Assembly (NCBI GenBank): GCA_040954595.2
Contig: CM082591.2
Coordinates: 62,001-126,000, forward strand
Length of the DNA: 64,000 nucleotides
Direction: 5' to 3'
Origin: Balanoglossus misakiensis
Taxonomy: Eukaryota > Animalia > Hemichordata
The notes beneath the pieces are model-generated. The model worked only from the letters and a program-made list of their open reading frames with translations, made no database searches and was not told the origin of the DNA. Below are positions 12,945 to 27,900 of the stretch, piece by piece. Numbering within the stretch: position 1 is the stretch's first letter; every line of letters starts with the position of its first letter. Made by a program: the position numbers and the translations under genes.

Positions 12945-15900
12945 GGTGGTAGTGATGATTATTGATAACAACGTTGGTGGTACTGATAATGATGGATGAT
13001 GATGAAAAGTAGAATATACAGAATTTGAAAGAAGAATGGCCGTGCTAACAGATAAACTGAGAAGAAAACAAAAGGTAATGTGTTTTACATCTTTATGTAC
13101 TTTCTTCATAATTTGTGTCATCTTTCTGTTTCTGTATTGGCAAGAAATGTTTTGTTGTATGGTGCCATATAAACACACATTCACTTGACCGAAGCCGTGA
13201 ACAATGAACTGAGATTGCGAAAGCGTCAACATCACTGTAATTGCAGGTGGTCTAATCTCCCTCCTCCAGCCTCTTCATGTCGGTTGTAACAAACCTATGA
13301 AGGATGTTGTGAAGGACTGCTGGAACGTGTGAATGAAGAACAGTGTTGCAGAATTCACTCTGAGTGGTAAACAGAAACCTCCGAACAGAGAACTGGTGTT
13401 GAAGTGGGTGATGATGGCCTGGGATAAACTCTGAGTCAGAGATGGTCCGCCGATCTTTCCTGAAACGCAGCATTTCTAATCAGCTAGATGGCACTAAAGA
13501 CGACTACCTGTATGAAGACATTGAGTCTGATGACGAGCTCGATGTCGGTGAAAACCTGGCAGAACATCTCATCAACATTTTTGGGTCTGTTGGCTCTGGG
13601 TCTCATTCGGACTCACCAGATTAGACACTGTACTGATGACAACAATTGGATAGTGCTGTGGTGTTTTTCGACATATCATCATTCCTTACAACCTTGCAGG
13701 TTTCTCAGCAGTAAAATGCTGGTTGCCCACATCATTGTTGCTATGGCAATAGTTATAACATGAAAAGGCTAAAATTGGTTACAAGCAACTTGGTATACTG
13801 TCATAGCCACAAAGCAGTCAGGAACTTTCTGAGACTTTTAAGAGAAATTTGAGCTGTGTAGGAAAGTTAACATGAAAAATATAGATGTTTTGCCTGAGGG
13901 ATAAACAGCATTTCCATAGCAACAGATATTCCTGAACGTAGAGTCTTTGCTAAATGTAAAATAAATTGGGGCTCAACGCGAAGTTGTCGTTATTACCAAC
14001 AAATATTTAATCCTTACAAGGTGGTTGAAAACCACATTCATTTGAGATATATCCGAAGACATCTCTTACTCACATTATGTTATTTTTGTGTTTTGACAAA
14101 CTATACATTTTCTGCAGGGTTTGTACAAAAACGTTCTCAGATATACAGAGTTTAACACTTAATACAACCAACAGTAAAATAATTGAATGGTTATGATTTT
14201 AACTCTTTTAATTTCATGGCATATATTTTCAACAATTTGCATTGAGCAGTATCAATGTTAGGGTTTGGTAAAATAGCCCCACTCTGAATCATTAGTTTGT
14301 CTCCTAGCAACAGAGCCTCTTTCTGGTTCATCTGGACTCAAAGCTTTACATCAATATTGAGAGTCCTTGCTCTTTCCAATCGGGCATTCTAAACTATCAC
14401 TGTGAGTGTAATTGATAAATAAAAAAAAACAAACTGTCCTCTATTGTCAAATTCCACAAAGTACTATTGAATGGAAACAAATAAGACATTAAGCAGTAAA
14501 AGACTTCAATGAATGGACAGATTATGGTGCATCCATAGCTTTTATTATCTAGCCTTGGATGAGACTAATCACAGATGTTTGAACTCTTTGTAGATTTTAA
14601 GTTTACAAAGAATAATTCCCCATTTACATATATGAGTCATAAAGTGTTTTATCTTTATAACTTTCAAAAGCCACTTTCATGTAAAAATAGTGTCAAGGAC
14701 ACTGAGCTCCCAGTTGATCAGATTTGAAACATTAAAGTTGCCAAATATTTTATCAGTTATGTTTGGTCTCATACTGATCAACTTGACAGTAGACTGCAGC
14801 AAATTCCTGAATGAAGGCTGGTAATGGCAAGATGGCATTAACTTTCTGATATTGACCACTTTTGAGTAAAAAAATAGGAACAGGGATTTTTCTAGTAAAT
14901 CTCATTTTACAGTGATTAAGTTGACAAATGAGTTTTTCATCATGTTTTATTGGTGTCAAGACACTGATTTGTTCCGCTTCGAAATTTTGGTAATCGTCCC
15001 AAGTCAAATCTAATTGCTTGCATGCATGTAATTTATCATGGACTGTTCAATGAAAATGTCCTTTCAGTCGACATGTATATTGTAAAATAATAGGCATGAA
15101 TGAAATAATAAAAATATTCACATGTAGATCAGGTCTGTAATTAAATAATCCATAATACATAGTGTTATGACAGATTCAATGGAGAAATTTTCAAATACTT
15201 GGAGACAGTCTAGCCTAGGCGCTGCTGCCTTTAGAGAACAGTGTAAAAACATTTCAATAAACGCTGGTTATCTTAAATTAGTACTTTTGAGAATGTACTA
15301 GCTTAAACTCAATCTGATTTGAGGTTGAACATTGAATGACAAGACTGGAAATGAGTTTTCCAAACAGTTTGATTCACATGTTCCCCAGTATGGGGCTGTC
15401 ACCACTCAATCAGACTGACATTCCGTTTTAATGCATACAGTTTGAAAATACTTCACTCAATAAAGGGAACCCGTTGGGATTTTGTAATATAAAACAACTG
15501 ATAATCCCAAACATTGATGTTATGATATTGATAAGGTGTTATGATTAAACTATATTAATCCCACACAGCTGTTCCCTGGTTCACAATCAACATTCTTATT
15601 ACACACATAACAAGTGATAATACAATGGATTGGGTTTTGCAGCTGCTAAACTGTTATCATAGTTGTATCAGCATTTACCAAATGAAAATTCCAGAATTCT
15701 GACCAACTGCGCACTATATAGACGAAAGTTATATACCTCAGATACTTCACTGTATGAAACATTTTCAATTTTGGATTTCCAAAACATTTGCATACAAGTA
15801 TTGATTCATTTCACGTCTGGTTGAACATGATGGAAATTTTAAAAAGAGGTGGCCAGTGTTAAATTTACATGTTTATTACATAAATGAATGTTTTGACACA

Positions 15901-18900
15901 TGCAGAGAACTTGGAGAATACCCTAGTCACTACATGTCTTCAATGTCTGTTAGGAAGCATGGTTATTTGAATAGAGAGTAATATTCTGGATAATATCATC
16001 TTGGAAAATCTCAGGAAATGGAAAAACAAGTCACACTCATCCAAAGGGATTTTGATATTACCCATGATGCTCTGCATTAGGTTGAGGGTAATCCTTTCAC
16101 AGCGTCAGCAATTACCCATGATACCATGCAGCAACGATTACCGTGTTCTGTATGCAAGCCATTTAATTTCACTTGTTTATTCTCAAACTTAAATGATAAA
16201 GTGATACAATAATTTAGTTCGAAGTGATCAGGAAATTTAAGGAGACAGTTGCTAAGCAACAGCTATATAGGAATGAAGAACTTGGTTTAAAAGACTTCCG
16301 GCAAACATTATCACACCCACTAAAGTAGTTTGGTCTTACATAGTGGTTTTTCAACAGAATTGAATTTTTATTGTGTGGTTAAGTGAATCAAAGATGAAGG
16401 GCAAAACAGAATTGACATTGGATTTATTTTGGATGAACTTGGCCTGGTGGCACTGTCAAAGTAATTGCTACAGAATGACTTTGTATGGTTTTAGGCCATT
16501 GCAGTCTGTTTCGTTGAAATGATGTTCTCAGTACTGCTGTGTATCCAATGACAACCCATATTGAGATAGATGTGCAACTGTTTCAGTTACCTCAATCTCC
16601 AGATAGTTGAAATAGGCAATATCTTATCATAATGACAAGTCAACAGGGTACTTTTGTATATAAATTGAATATACTATCCTGACAATTACTCCCAGGAAGA
16701 AATTTGTCTACACAGCCCTTCGAAATACAAAGAAGTGTGCAACAAATAAAGGCAGATGTTACCATCAAGCCATAGCATGGCTTGATTACTAGTAGTTGCA
16801 TTGCGTTGGCACTTCAGGAATAATAGCATAGGAATTAGAATCTAATTGACATTCTTTCAGCCTACATGCTGAAAATAGGTTTGTGAGAGTGAGGATATCT
16901 ATTCAGTATTGTATGGTGATATTGTGCAATTATGAATGAGATTGCTAATAGAGTCTATGCAAGTTTAATTTTGCAGGAAATGAAGCCATCATTGAATGAG
17001 ATCATTTTATTCAGTGACTTTATTTAACCTGTATATTTTACACGTACAAAGGAAATTGACTTCTTTCTTGATGCATTGTCAACTCTCGTAATCTCTTCCA
17101 AAGCATTCTAGATTATTTTATAGGTCTGTGTGTCCCTTGCCATGATACTGACCACATGATTGGCCAGACTTCGCCCCTCCACATTTTGGCCACATATTGA
17201 AAACTCATTGCATCCTGGGTCAATGGGTAATCAAGCTATGTGTGCCATAACATCAGACTTTTAGCTGCAAATCTCCAATTTTCCAAGGAAATTTTTGTCT
17301 TTTTGCATGTTTTCAAGTATGTATTTATAGATATAATATACATGTACATGTAGAGTGTAGTGGTAGTTAGACCGATGTTGGCAATTTAATATAATCCAGC
17401 CAGAAGCAGTTGGAAGTAAATTCCAGGGATTTTTTGGTGTCCTCATGATGAAAGCACTTTCATTTCAATCAGCATGCTATCTAAAGTCAACCACTTCTAA
17501 TAACCGGTTTTAATAATGAGAAGTGTAGGTCTGAAATATCAAGCAGATGACATGCATCACCAGAGAGAAAGGGAATTCTGAGAGAATAATAAAATGTATT
17601 GACCATCATTTAAACAATATGTGGAGTCACTTTCTCTCTATGACACAAAACTTCGGTTTAATCAGCCATTGATTATAATCACTTGCATTTGGAATTTGAA
17701 CAAAATCCTGAAATTATGTGACTTTGTGTGAAAGTTGTTGATATTTACAAATAAATTTTGGCCCTTACAAAAACAAACATTATCAACAGATCAATGCTGT
17801 ATGTCAATCACCATGTTCTATTTTACAGAGAGCTCTAAAATGTGTTTGTCTTTAGAAAGTAATTATGGAAAATAGTACATATTTATTTATAGAACCCACG
17901 AATCTAGTGCTTTAATAATTGGTGACATTCAGAAAGAAAGTAACATTTTAGTCTGACTGGCCTTATCTGTTTTTAGGCAGGCAACAGCAGAATCAAACTT
18001 TTCTGGTTCACCAAATTGCATGCTGAGAGATGATGGATTTCTAGGACTGCAGCTAGGTTTTATTTTCACAGTTGTAAAGACCCAACTGTTTTGACATAAT
18101 GGCAGAATCCCGGTACATATCAAGAAGGGTTGCTCAAATGAATATGGTAAGGGCTTGATCACCTGAACAAAAACGATGGCCTCTATTCCCTAATGATGTG
18201 AAAGGATAATGGTGTCAGGCTCTGAAAGGAAAAGTGTTGAGGAGAATAAAAACAAGATACCGGGAAAAAGAGTGTGCTGAGTGGGAAGAAAGATCTCTAC
18301 TGGGCTTCTTTGCTATTGTGTTGGATGAAAAGCAATATGATTACTGTGTTATTTTTTTGCCATTAGGCTGATGCTCAGCTCTACTCAAATACTATCCTAT
18401 TCAATGTCTTACTACTTTTGACTATATTAATTGCAACATATATATTTTGTAACCAATTTTCTTTGCATTATAAGCACATTTACCTTAGATAATTATATCA
18501 GTGCTATTTTTATCATGAGAATAATGACTGAAATAAGCATTTCAGTGTACATGTACTTATGCCTTTTGAGACTTTGCAGATTATAGAAAGTGGATTCTTG
18601 GTCATGCATTTTGGATTATGAATTTTTTTGTGACCTTAATGTGACCATTGCCAAGTCTGCTCTCAATTTGTGAAGTAATAAATTTGAAACTTCAAGTGAC
18701 TTCAAAAGCCTTTAAGTTGTGAGTTGAAAAGCCTGCTTTGTTGGACACACTTCTGCAACAGATGTGCACACATATTAAATGTTGTCTGTCTGCATGTTGC
18801 TGTGTTGGTGGCCAAAAGATCAGGCCCCACCATTAAGATAAAGCAAAGGAGGCAATCACATGGAAAAAACATATTTTGTACAGGGTTAGTCACTCAAAAC

Positions 18901-21900
18901 TCAAGACATTCCTGGAGTTATAAAAACTGCAGTGTGTCATTTTTGAAAGTACATGTACAATGTAGCTGTCAATTAATTGTGTATGAGTGTGTTGTGATAC
19001 TGTGTACTAGCTATTAGGGTGGCGACAGTTCATTTAGTGAAGTCACTAAGTCAGTAGAAGATAAATCAATTTTCTAAGAGTCAATTAAATTTTTCAAGGT
19101 CTACCTGTCTTCATTACCCTAAAAATAGTTGTGATTGAAAGTAAACTGTGTTTGCAAAACATTATAAACGGACATTTCAACCCATATTTTATTTTCATTC
19201 ATTGGCCACTGATTTTAAAATCTTTGTCTTTTATCAGTTACTACCAGTATAATGACTTTAAGACAATACTCTGTTTTTGTAACCACATGAAAAAATAACC
19301 ATTGGCGTTCGTGTTGTTATACCAAGTGTACCTGATGAAATCTAATCTCGGCCTGTACATGCAAGTTCATGGAAAACTCCATTTTTTATGACCTTAATAG
19401 GTTTGCAGCAGTGAATACACAATTGTATTTTAATTGTATGATTCTTCTGTAATCAAAGAAATATGTATCAAACAATTAAGGTTTATTCCTATGGAGTAGT
19501 GTATTTGTAGGGAAATAAACAATAATTGTGGTTTATACTACCCAGTAACTTGTGTCTACATTCATCACAGTAACTGTATATTGCTTCCTAATTTGAAATA
19601 TGGCTTCTTCTGATTGTAAGTGATATAGCAATTTGTATTGAAGGCTGATGTGGGTATTGTGCCATGCAGTCAGAGTGAACAATTTCACACGAGTTGGATT
19701 TCAACAAAAAATTGAAATATTAGAGAAACCAAGTTCAAAAGTACTACATGTACTAGTTGCCCTACAAACATCATAACAGATTTATAGGATATTACTATGG
19801 TCTGTAACACTGTCTCTCTCTCTGACTGACTGACAAAGACAAAATCCCCATCCTCAGCAACACTAAAATGGGAATAAAGGCAAAATTAAGAGAAGTCAGT
19901 TAACAGCAAGGAAAGTTAGTTGATAAGAAAGGGAAGCCAGTTGAATCAGAGGAAACAACATGATAAGTACATGTATGCTGCTTTATTTGTTAAAATGTCA
20001 CTTTCAGTAAACACTGGATTGCCTTTGGCTAAGTAATGTACATATCCAGCACAAATCCTACCCATCTACAAAATACTGTCTATATACCAGAATGAACATG
20101 CTACGGCCAGCGGCTTTCAGTGCACTATTATAATAATGGGGGAAAATCTTTATGGCTTCTTGAATATGTCAAAATGCATGTTTGGGGGGGGGGGGGGAAC
20201 GGCAATGGCCTACATGCCACAGAATAATGCCAACTTAAAATTCTACTATAACCACATTTAAAAATATGTCAAAAATATCCTTCAATTCCCAATTCTTTAG
20301 TTAAAGCATCATAGGTTTCACTTTTTATGCTCCCATTGCCATATGTAATATTTTTATTAAGGAATACACATTTGGAATGAGCTTTGCAGGAAGTTGAGTT
20401 TTACTGATATCACTACAGGTGAAATATTTGATCTGAATGTGGAGAATGTTATCCTGTAAAAGATGAACATAAATTTTATTTGTCATTGATTGGACATAAA
20501 CAGTTGAATTGTTGGTTCAAACTGACTGACCCTGAACATAATAAGACCTACAATCAATAGAGATCAAATGGTGATTGTTTCAATCAAGGAGTTGTAGTCA
20601 TTATTTTGTTGATGTTTTCAAATGATGTGGCCCAGAGAAGACTAAGTTAATGATAATATTATTGGTAATCTTAAATAATTTAAAACTACCATTGCAGTGT
20701 TTTATACTGTTGACAGTCCACCCTATGAATAGGATGCCATTAAATCATTACACACTCCCGTTTGGAGATAGATTTAGTTTAATTGGACCCTAAAGAATAC
20801 AGGCAATCACCGCGACATACGTTACAACTAACCTCAACAAATACCAATGAACTGTGTGCCATCTTTAGAAGCTACCTGGCTTGTCTTATTAATAGCGAAG
20901 TAAATTCCCAGAATACTCGGAGAAAGATAATTGGAAGTGAAATCTACGCAGGTAACCTAGGCAACAAAGCAGTGAACTATGTGTGCATTTCAGTGTCAAT
21001 TGAGAGTTAACCCTTGTACATTCAAATCTATTTAAGAAAATTGCATCTACCAGTATTACCAATTGTTTTAAATATTTAGAAAAAAGTGAATTTAAAACTG
21101 GGAGTTCGATCATAGTACTTCGAAACTGAAAGTTTTATGGCATGGTCAAAATTGCTGTTTTCAAGCTGCAGTCACTTTGTGTAACATTGACTTGGCAAAC
21201 ATTCCAGTATGTACGATTTTAGCAAACGTCCAGCTTGGAAAATATGCCATAGTTAATGTGTCATCCTACCTTTCCATTACAAAGCCTATTTTTGTATTTG
21301 TATTAATAGCTTTGAGCCCTAATGTTTCATAATATACTGGTAGACTCCCATTTTCAACCTGAGACAGTCAGCTCTGATTTTCAGTATGCCATACATGTAT
21401 ATCATTTTGAACTTTCAGAGGTGTTGTTTCTCTGGTTTCAGATTATTTCTAAAAATGGTGGATGAAATATCTATAATCTGGCAATATTAGCAGATCAGAG
21501 TAAAATGAAAAACAAAGCATGTTGATCTAGCCGAGAGAGTCTTCCAAGACAAAGTAATTGAATTCACCTCGTGGCGAAACAGATACCGACATACGTCACT
21601 ATATGTTACCTTTTGCCTTTATTTTGTGAGTTAGGCATGGCTGTTTTCAATGTGAAAGTTAACTTAGCTGCCAGCCATTATTATACTAATCATCAGCAAG
21701 GTTAGGGTGTATCCGTTTTGCCTCTATGAAGATGACCTCCAAGGTTAATATGATTGGGTCTTCAAGCATGAGGATCCACTCTAGTTAATTGTAGTATCTT
21801 TTACAAAGACACGTTCCTTCAATGCTCCTTCATGTAACAGGTTTCAACTCAAAAAATAAAAAATCTACAAGTTGCTTTGTTACATGTATATACCTATCAT

Positions 21901-24900
21901 GCAATATACATATTGTATCAGGCTAGCAAAGTTATACAGGATGTTTTGTTTTCGTATTCATTTTGAAGAATGTATTAATATCTGTAGCAGAAATAGTAGA
22001 GAATGTCTAGACATAGCTTTATGAAATTGTCCTGATGTCCACATTGTTCCTGGAAAAGCAGTGATCGTTCAACCAAATGTAACATTTGAACAAATTGCTG
22101 TTAACTATATTTAATCTATATTCAATACCACACATACACATGTAAAATCTTTTTGATTGTACAATTCTCAATGTTAAGGATGCTACATGCCCTAAAAGAG
22201 GAGAATCCCTGTGTGCATACGAGTAGTTTATTAAGCTCTCAGGCGAGTGGTATAGGGTAGTCAGCATCCAACTCATTTTCGCATTACTTTCCCCTTTAGG
22301 CAGTGATAATTACGCATGGCACCACTTCTGCAAATCATGTGCTGTGTCACGCTGCCTTGACGTGGACTGTAATCATGGACCCATTGAACTGTGGAAACCC
22401 CGTAACCCCTAAATGATGGTCTGTTCCTCTTGTTCTGTAGGCTGGAATGGGACTCATGCATATAGATTTAGGGGGTAAGAAGGTGAACATTACTGATATA
22501 TATGGCTGCAGGGAAAGTGTGTTTCTCCTTTAGTTGGATAGGATTACAACTTTTACCATCATTCACAATTCTATTTTGTCCTAAGTAGAACATCAAGTGA
22601 TTTGTGCCTATGTTACTAATACTTTGGATTGGTCTCTTCATTCCCATCATTTCCTCTTCTCCACTTTCTTTCTTCAAGCAATGTGGCAACACTAAGGAAA
22701 TACAAAGCCATTGCAAGTCTCTGTCACTGGCCTTGGGCCCTTCAAATCATTTCTAGTAGGTGTTACATTTGCAGTAGTTTTTGTACAATGTACTTCCTTT
22801 TGGACATGGAGATTTGGACTCTCTGGCCATCTGTGTGACCATCCACATTCATATAAAGACATGTCTTAACCAATTTCATTCAAATTTGCTTCCCCCCCCC
22901 CCCCTCCAACACTACCAAGACAGTATTTCTGTTTCACCTTGTCATCAAGTGTGTTACATCTACATCATCAATCAGCATGGCTCAGCACGCCAAGTCTACA
23001 TTTTGATGTTCTGATCGACATCATGTTGCGTTAAGGGTCAAGTAGCTTTGAATTTACATAAAGTATGCTTGATGTAATTATACATAACATAAATCCCACC
23101 CAGTATTTTTTATTTACAATTAAATGTATTTAAAGGGGAAACATATACTTAAAAGGAGTCAGTTTCGATTGATACTTTCTGTTGTTCTTAATAGCCAGTT
23201 ATCATATTTGGCACACAGTTATTGTACAACAAAGGAATACACGGGTCATATTCTGAATTTTTAGCCATGAAAGTGGTCATTTAGTATAAAATGAAGGGTG
23301 TGTCATCCCTAACAAAGACAGAAATACATGTGGTCAGAGAAACTCTGAGACACAGATGTAAACTGCAAAAAAAAATGCATAACCATGCAAGACAGATAAA
23401 ACAGATCAGAATTACAAATTAGGGATCGGACAATAATAGAAATGTGAAGTAAATGTCAAATGCATCAGAATGGTAATTGTGAGTGATCAATTTCAACAAT
23501 TGTTACTGAATTGTAATACCAGTTGTGTGTACTCTTAGGTATAGCTGTAGGATGATATTGTAGACAGAAGCAAAATTGAATCTTCATTTCAATGGAGAAG
23601 TATTCCCTCAGGAAATTTGTAGTTTGATTGCATCTGTGTAAGCAGGTTATTATAACTGAGCTTCATTCAGCTATGGTCAGTGTTCAACTGTGCTGTAGAC
23701 ATTGAATTAAAAAAACTTCGGCCATGCTTGAAATGTTACCCTGTAATTTTGTCTAGATCACAAAGTAGAAAATGGAATTGTTCCTTTGCATGGAGTTTGC
23801 ATTACAGAGGATTAATTAGTTGCCAAGTGTGTTCACATCTACAATAACCATGTATTCATTTTAATCCTTTGAATCAGGTTCAGATGAAAACTGTCAAAGT
23901 GAGAATGTTAAGGCCTTGGTGCAAAGAAGCATCATTTATGTCTTATTTTGAACTAAAGCTAAATGTATTTTCAAATCGAAGATTATGAGCTTTTTGTGTT
24001 GCCTGCACTGCTGGTTTGCCGACTTGCCATTTCAACAGTTTCACCAACTGAATCATTGAGATTACAATATTGAAAAGTGTTATAGGGATCAAAGTATGGA
24101 TAATCTTTCACATCAGTTCACAGCAACACCAATGTACATGGCCAGATTTTGTAAATCTTGACACCGTGCTGGATCAACAATTTCTATTGACGTCATTGCT
24201 TGTATTGATAGCAATTGTTTGCGGCAGAATCTCAGGAAAGCTTAGCATTGATATCCAAAGTTACTTTTTGTGGTGTTAAGTCTACAATCTGATCTCTGCT
24301 CAGTGCAGATTTTGACACTGTCATATCTGTGACTAAGCTCAGAGCAAATGACAAAGTTGAAAGTCTGAATGACAGTTGTATGATGATATGGTTTTGTCTA
24401 ACATTTGGGATAATACCATCATATCTGACACTGCCAAAAGCCACCATTCACAACAATTTTGGTAAAGAACCCCAATTAAATTTTCTGGCTATTTGATAGG
24501 AAGTGTCTAATTTCACTCCGATACCTACAAGTATGGTTCTATTTCAATAATTCCTCAACCTTGAGCAAAGCCATTTGATGCCCATCATAAGGAATAAATA
24601 AAATGAAAGATTTATAGGCGTAAAATGTATGTGAGCATTCTATGTTGCTATATTTACTGTGATAATTTCACGTGAGAATGAATTGGTTATCCAGAATAAA
24701 AATGTTCTCAGTTTATCCGTTGGTAGAGTTGATGGTGTCATTTTTGGCACAGTTGTCATGGTAACTAACCATGCTGACATTCTAAATAATGAAGGTCGCT
24801 ACTATGCCTTCAAGTAATATATGAAAACAGGGAAAATCAATGGCCATTAGTCAATTCATACATGAAAATTAAGTATACATCATTTGTTTTCACCATATTT

Positions 24901-27900
24901 ATCCAGACATCTGTCTGAGCACATTAACAACACAGTGAAGTACCCATTTGATTAAAGAAAACACAATATTTTGTACGTTTGACACATCTTCTGGTTTGTT
25001 GTGCACATGTCAAACCAGAAGATGAAACTGATGTATACACTCAAAGATTGACTTTTATAGTGAAATTCCCTTCTTCTAGTTGAACACAGGCTGGGGATAA
25101 CTGCATTCACACAAAATATAGTGTTGGTGTCATATAGCCATAGGTTTCCATGGAAATCATAGGGTTTGTTTGATGTGCTAAATCATAAATGTTCAAATGT
25201 CTATTTTGTAAACCTGTTTCATTTATTGATAGCAAATGTTTTACAACTATAATTGTGAAATTCATATTTAGACAAATGTTTAAGAATGTTTGCATAGACA
25301 TCTTTTTGGTTTTCCTTTAGCTTGTCACATTCATGTTGAAATCCAGGCTTGTATTCCATTTGTGATACTCTACCTAATTAGTCCCCAAGGATTAAGTTTG
25401 TGAAGCTTCATTCATCCATCCATCTACTTGTGTGTGAATCCGTGCGTCTATCTGTATGTGTGTGCATCTGTCTCTCAGTCTAAAGTCATAACTTAGATTG
25501 CCTGGAATTAATTCATTCAAATTTCATACAAGAATGATACACATCAATATGTTTTGTGATATGATCCAGTGTGGCCAGCAGGGGCCTAATGGATAGAGTT
25601 TTACAATATTGTTGGGTTATAATTCTTTTGAAAAACTTGTTTTGTGTCATTTAACATGAACAACATAATTGTGAAAAGTCCACACACTCAATTAGAAAGG
25701 ACATTCTTGGCTTGTTATGATGTGATTTTACTGCTAACAAAATCTACACATTCTGCCCTGGCTAATCCTTCCTTGACACAGCGATAAAAAACAAAATGAT
25801 TCCTGATTGTTTTGTGGAGAAACCTACCACATACTCCTGTTTGTTATATACAAGACAGTGAGATCTGAAAAAAGATACATTTATTTGAAAAGGGTATATT
25901 TTGTGGAGAATGTATCAGATAACTTAAAATCATGTACTCTGCAATGTATTGGGCAGATCATGTTTGATGATTTTCTCCAGAATTCCGTACGCTGCATCAA
26001 GTTAGAAGCTTGCACTTGTAAACCAATCAGTATTGTTTTTATTCATGCAATAGCCATAACTTTAATTGCCATTGAATAACATTGGCAGTTAATTTGAGAT
26101 TATCCATGCACACATATTTTACTGCCATTCATGTCAAGTAATTGCCATGGCCATCCATGGCAATGTTGTTATCTTGTAATTGCCCCAGGGCATTTTGTTC
26201 TGTTCGTTAGCACAGTAGTGAAAACGCTCAACCAACATGAAAAAAAAATCTCTGCAACAAGCCATTGTATAAAAACAGTTTTCACAATGATTGCATACTG
26301 TCACAATAACATACTACGTACTATTTCAGTTGAAAGAAGAAACAAAATAATACCGTGAATATATATTAGATTTTGGGGCAAATTTTCCACTTTTCATGCT
26401 GTTTCTAATCTTTTTCTCAAATTTTAAACAAATGTAACTAAATAATGGTTCAGCATTGGCTGCTGCGTACTCATCTCAGATTTTCACATGTGATAATGCA
26501 CGACAGAAAACAATGTTTTGCTTGCGGATAAAATATTCACCAGAGGAATAAATTTCTATTGAATTTGGCTCAATCTGAATTTTTCACCATTGCTAAGCTC
26601 CCATTTGGTATATGTTGTACCAGAAGGGAATCAGTCAGCATGTTGTTGTGTATCTCAGTACCTGCATGTCTATAAAGGTACATGTACATGTAGCTGAAGA
26701 AACATTTTTATGATTTTATCTCTACAGCGTTGTTATGTGAGTACTGGACTCATCATCAGGAGACTATTCTAGAAATGTGGCATTCAATTCAAAGGGTTCA
26801 ATTTATAATGTCTTTCCTTGAATGTCAGTGTATCTCATGCTTTGCCCATGAGTGAGTGTCTTTCTCTGTTAATCTTTCACAGACTTAGTGCACGGTAACT
26901 TTCCTGAGAATTCTGAGCCTGAATGTTGTGTCTAAGCCATTGACTTTATCGTATTAAAGTTGTCTGATTTTTATTCTAATCCTGGTTTGGTTTACCCATG
27001 CATCAATCATGAGCTGACACTAATTGTCTCTGTATAGCAAGCATCTAGCTTTTCCACCATTACCTTATCACACACCTTGTGCATATATGCAGGTAATTCT
27101 ACAGTGGTGTACTAACAAATATCTACTTGTGGTGTTTTTATGAATGTTTATGTAATTATCAGATCATATGAACAGAGCTTGGACATCAATCATAGCATTG
27201 CATTTAAGGTAGTTGAATGTTCTTTTGATGGGCAGTGCAAATGATTGTGCCTCTGGTTATTTTGGGGACCTGTGCTAAAACAGCAAATTTAAAGCAGTTA
27301 TTTTTTTTCACTTCAAATAAATGTAAGATGTGATGAATTTGACTTTTGTATTTGTTTTTACTGAGCATGTGTGGAAGGCTGGAATTTGTCAGGAGGATTT
27401 TTGAAAAGTCAACATGATGGGTATTAAGATTGCATTATATTCATAATGATTAAAGTCATTGTCAAGTCATAGCACCAAAATGAACAAGTTCACTGCACAT
27501 CGCTCAAGTATTGACTGGGGGAGGGGGGAACTGTGTCATTTCTGATGACTTGCTCCTTTCATTGGGAGAGTGGTCAGATCAAGTTTCAGGCCAATTCGAA
27601 GGTCAATGTTGATAAGGTTGTGATGAGTGTAGAGGTCCAGTGTAATGATATAAGTCTGCTGATCCTACATTAATGATTAAATCATGGCTCACTGATGTCA
27701 AATGCTCATGTGTTTTACACTCCAGTAATTTATCACGGTTCTCATCATTCCATGCCTTGCATGTTAAAAGTAATTAAATCAAGTGTTCGCTTGACTCTAC
27801 CAACAACAGATTGACTCTACTCGGAAGTTGAAACTGCTGTTCAGGTGCATCAGAGATGAATAAAACCTGTTTTGTCACCCATGGGCAATAGATGTCAGTG

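Noticed and set aside
12753-13235. Poly-D, poly-M and poly-I/T ORFs
   Set aside because: Translations of the (GAT)n/(GGT)n microsatellite; not intact genes
14753-14880. IQEFAAVY, resembling the NACHT winged-helix motif
   Set aside because: Isolated short match with no other NACHT motifs nearby; likely chance
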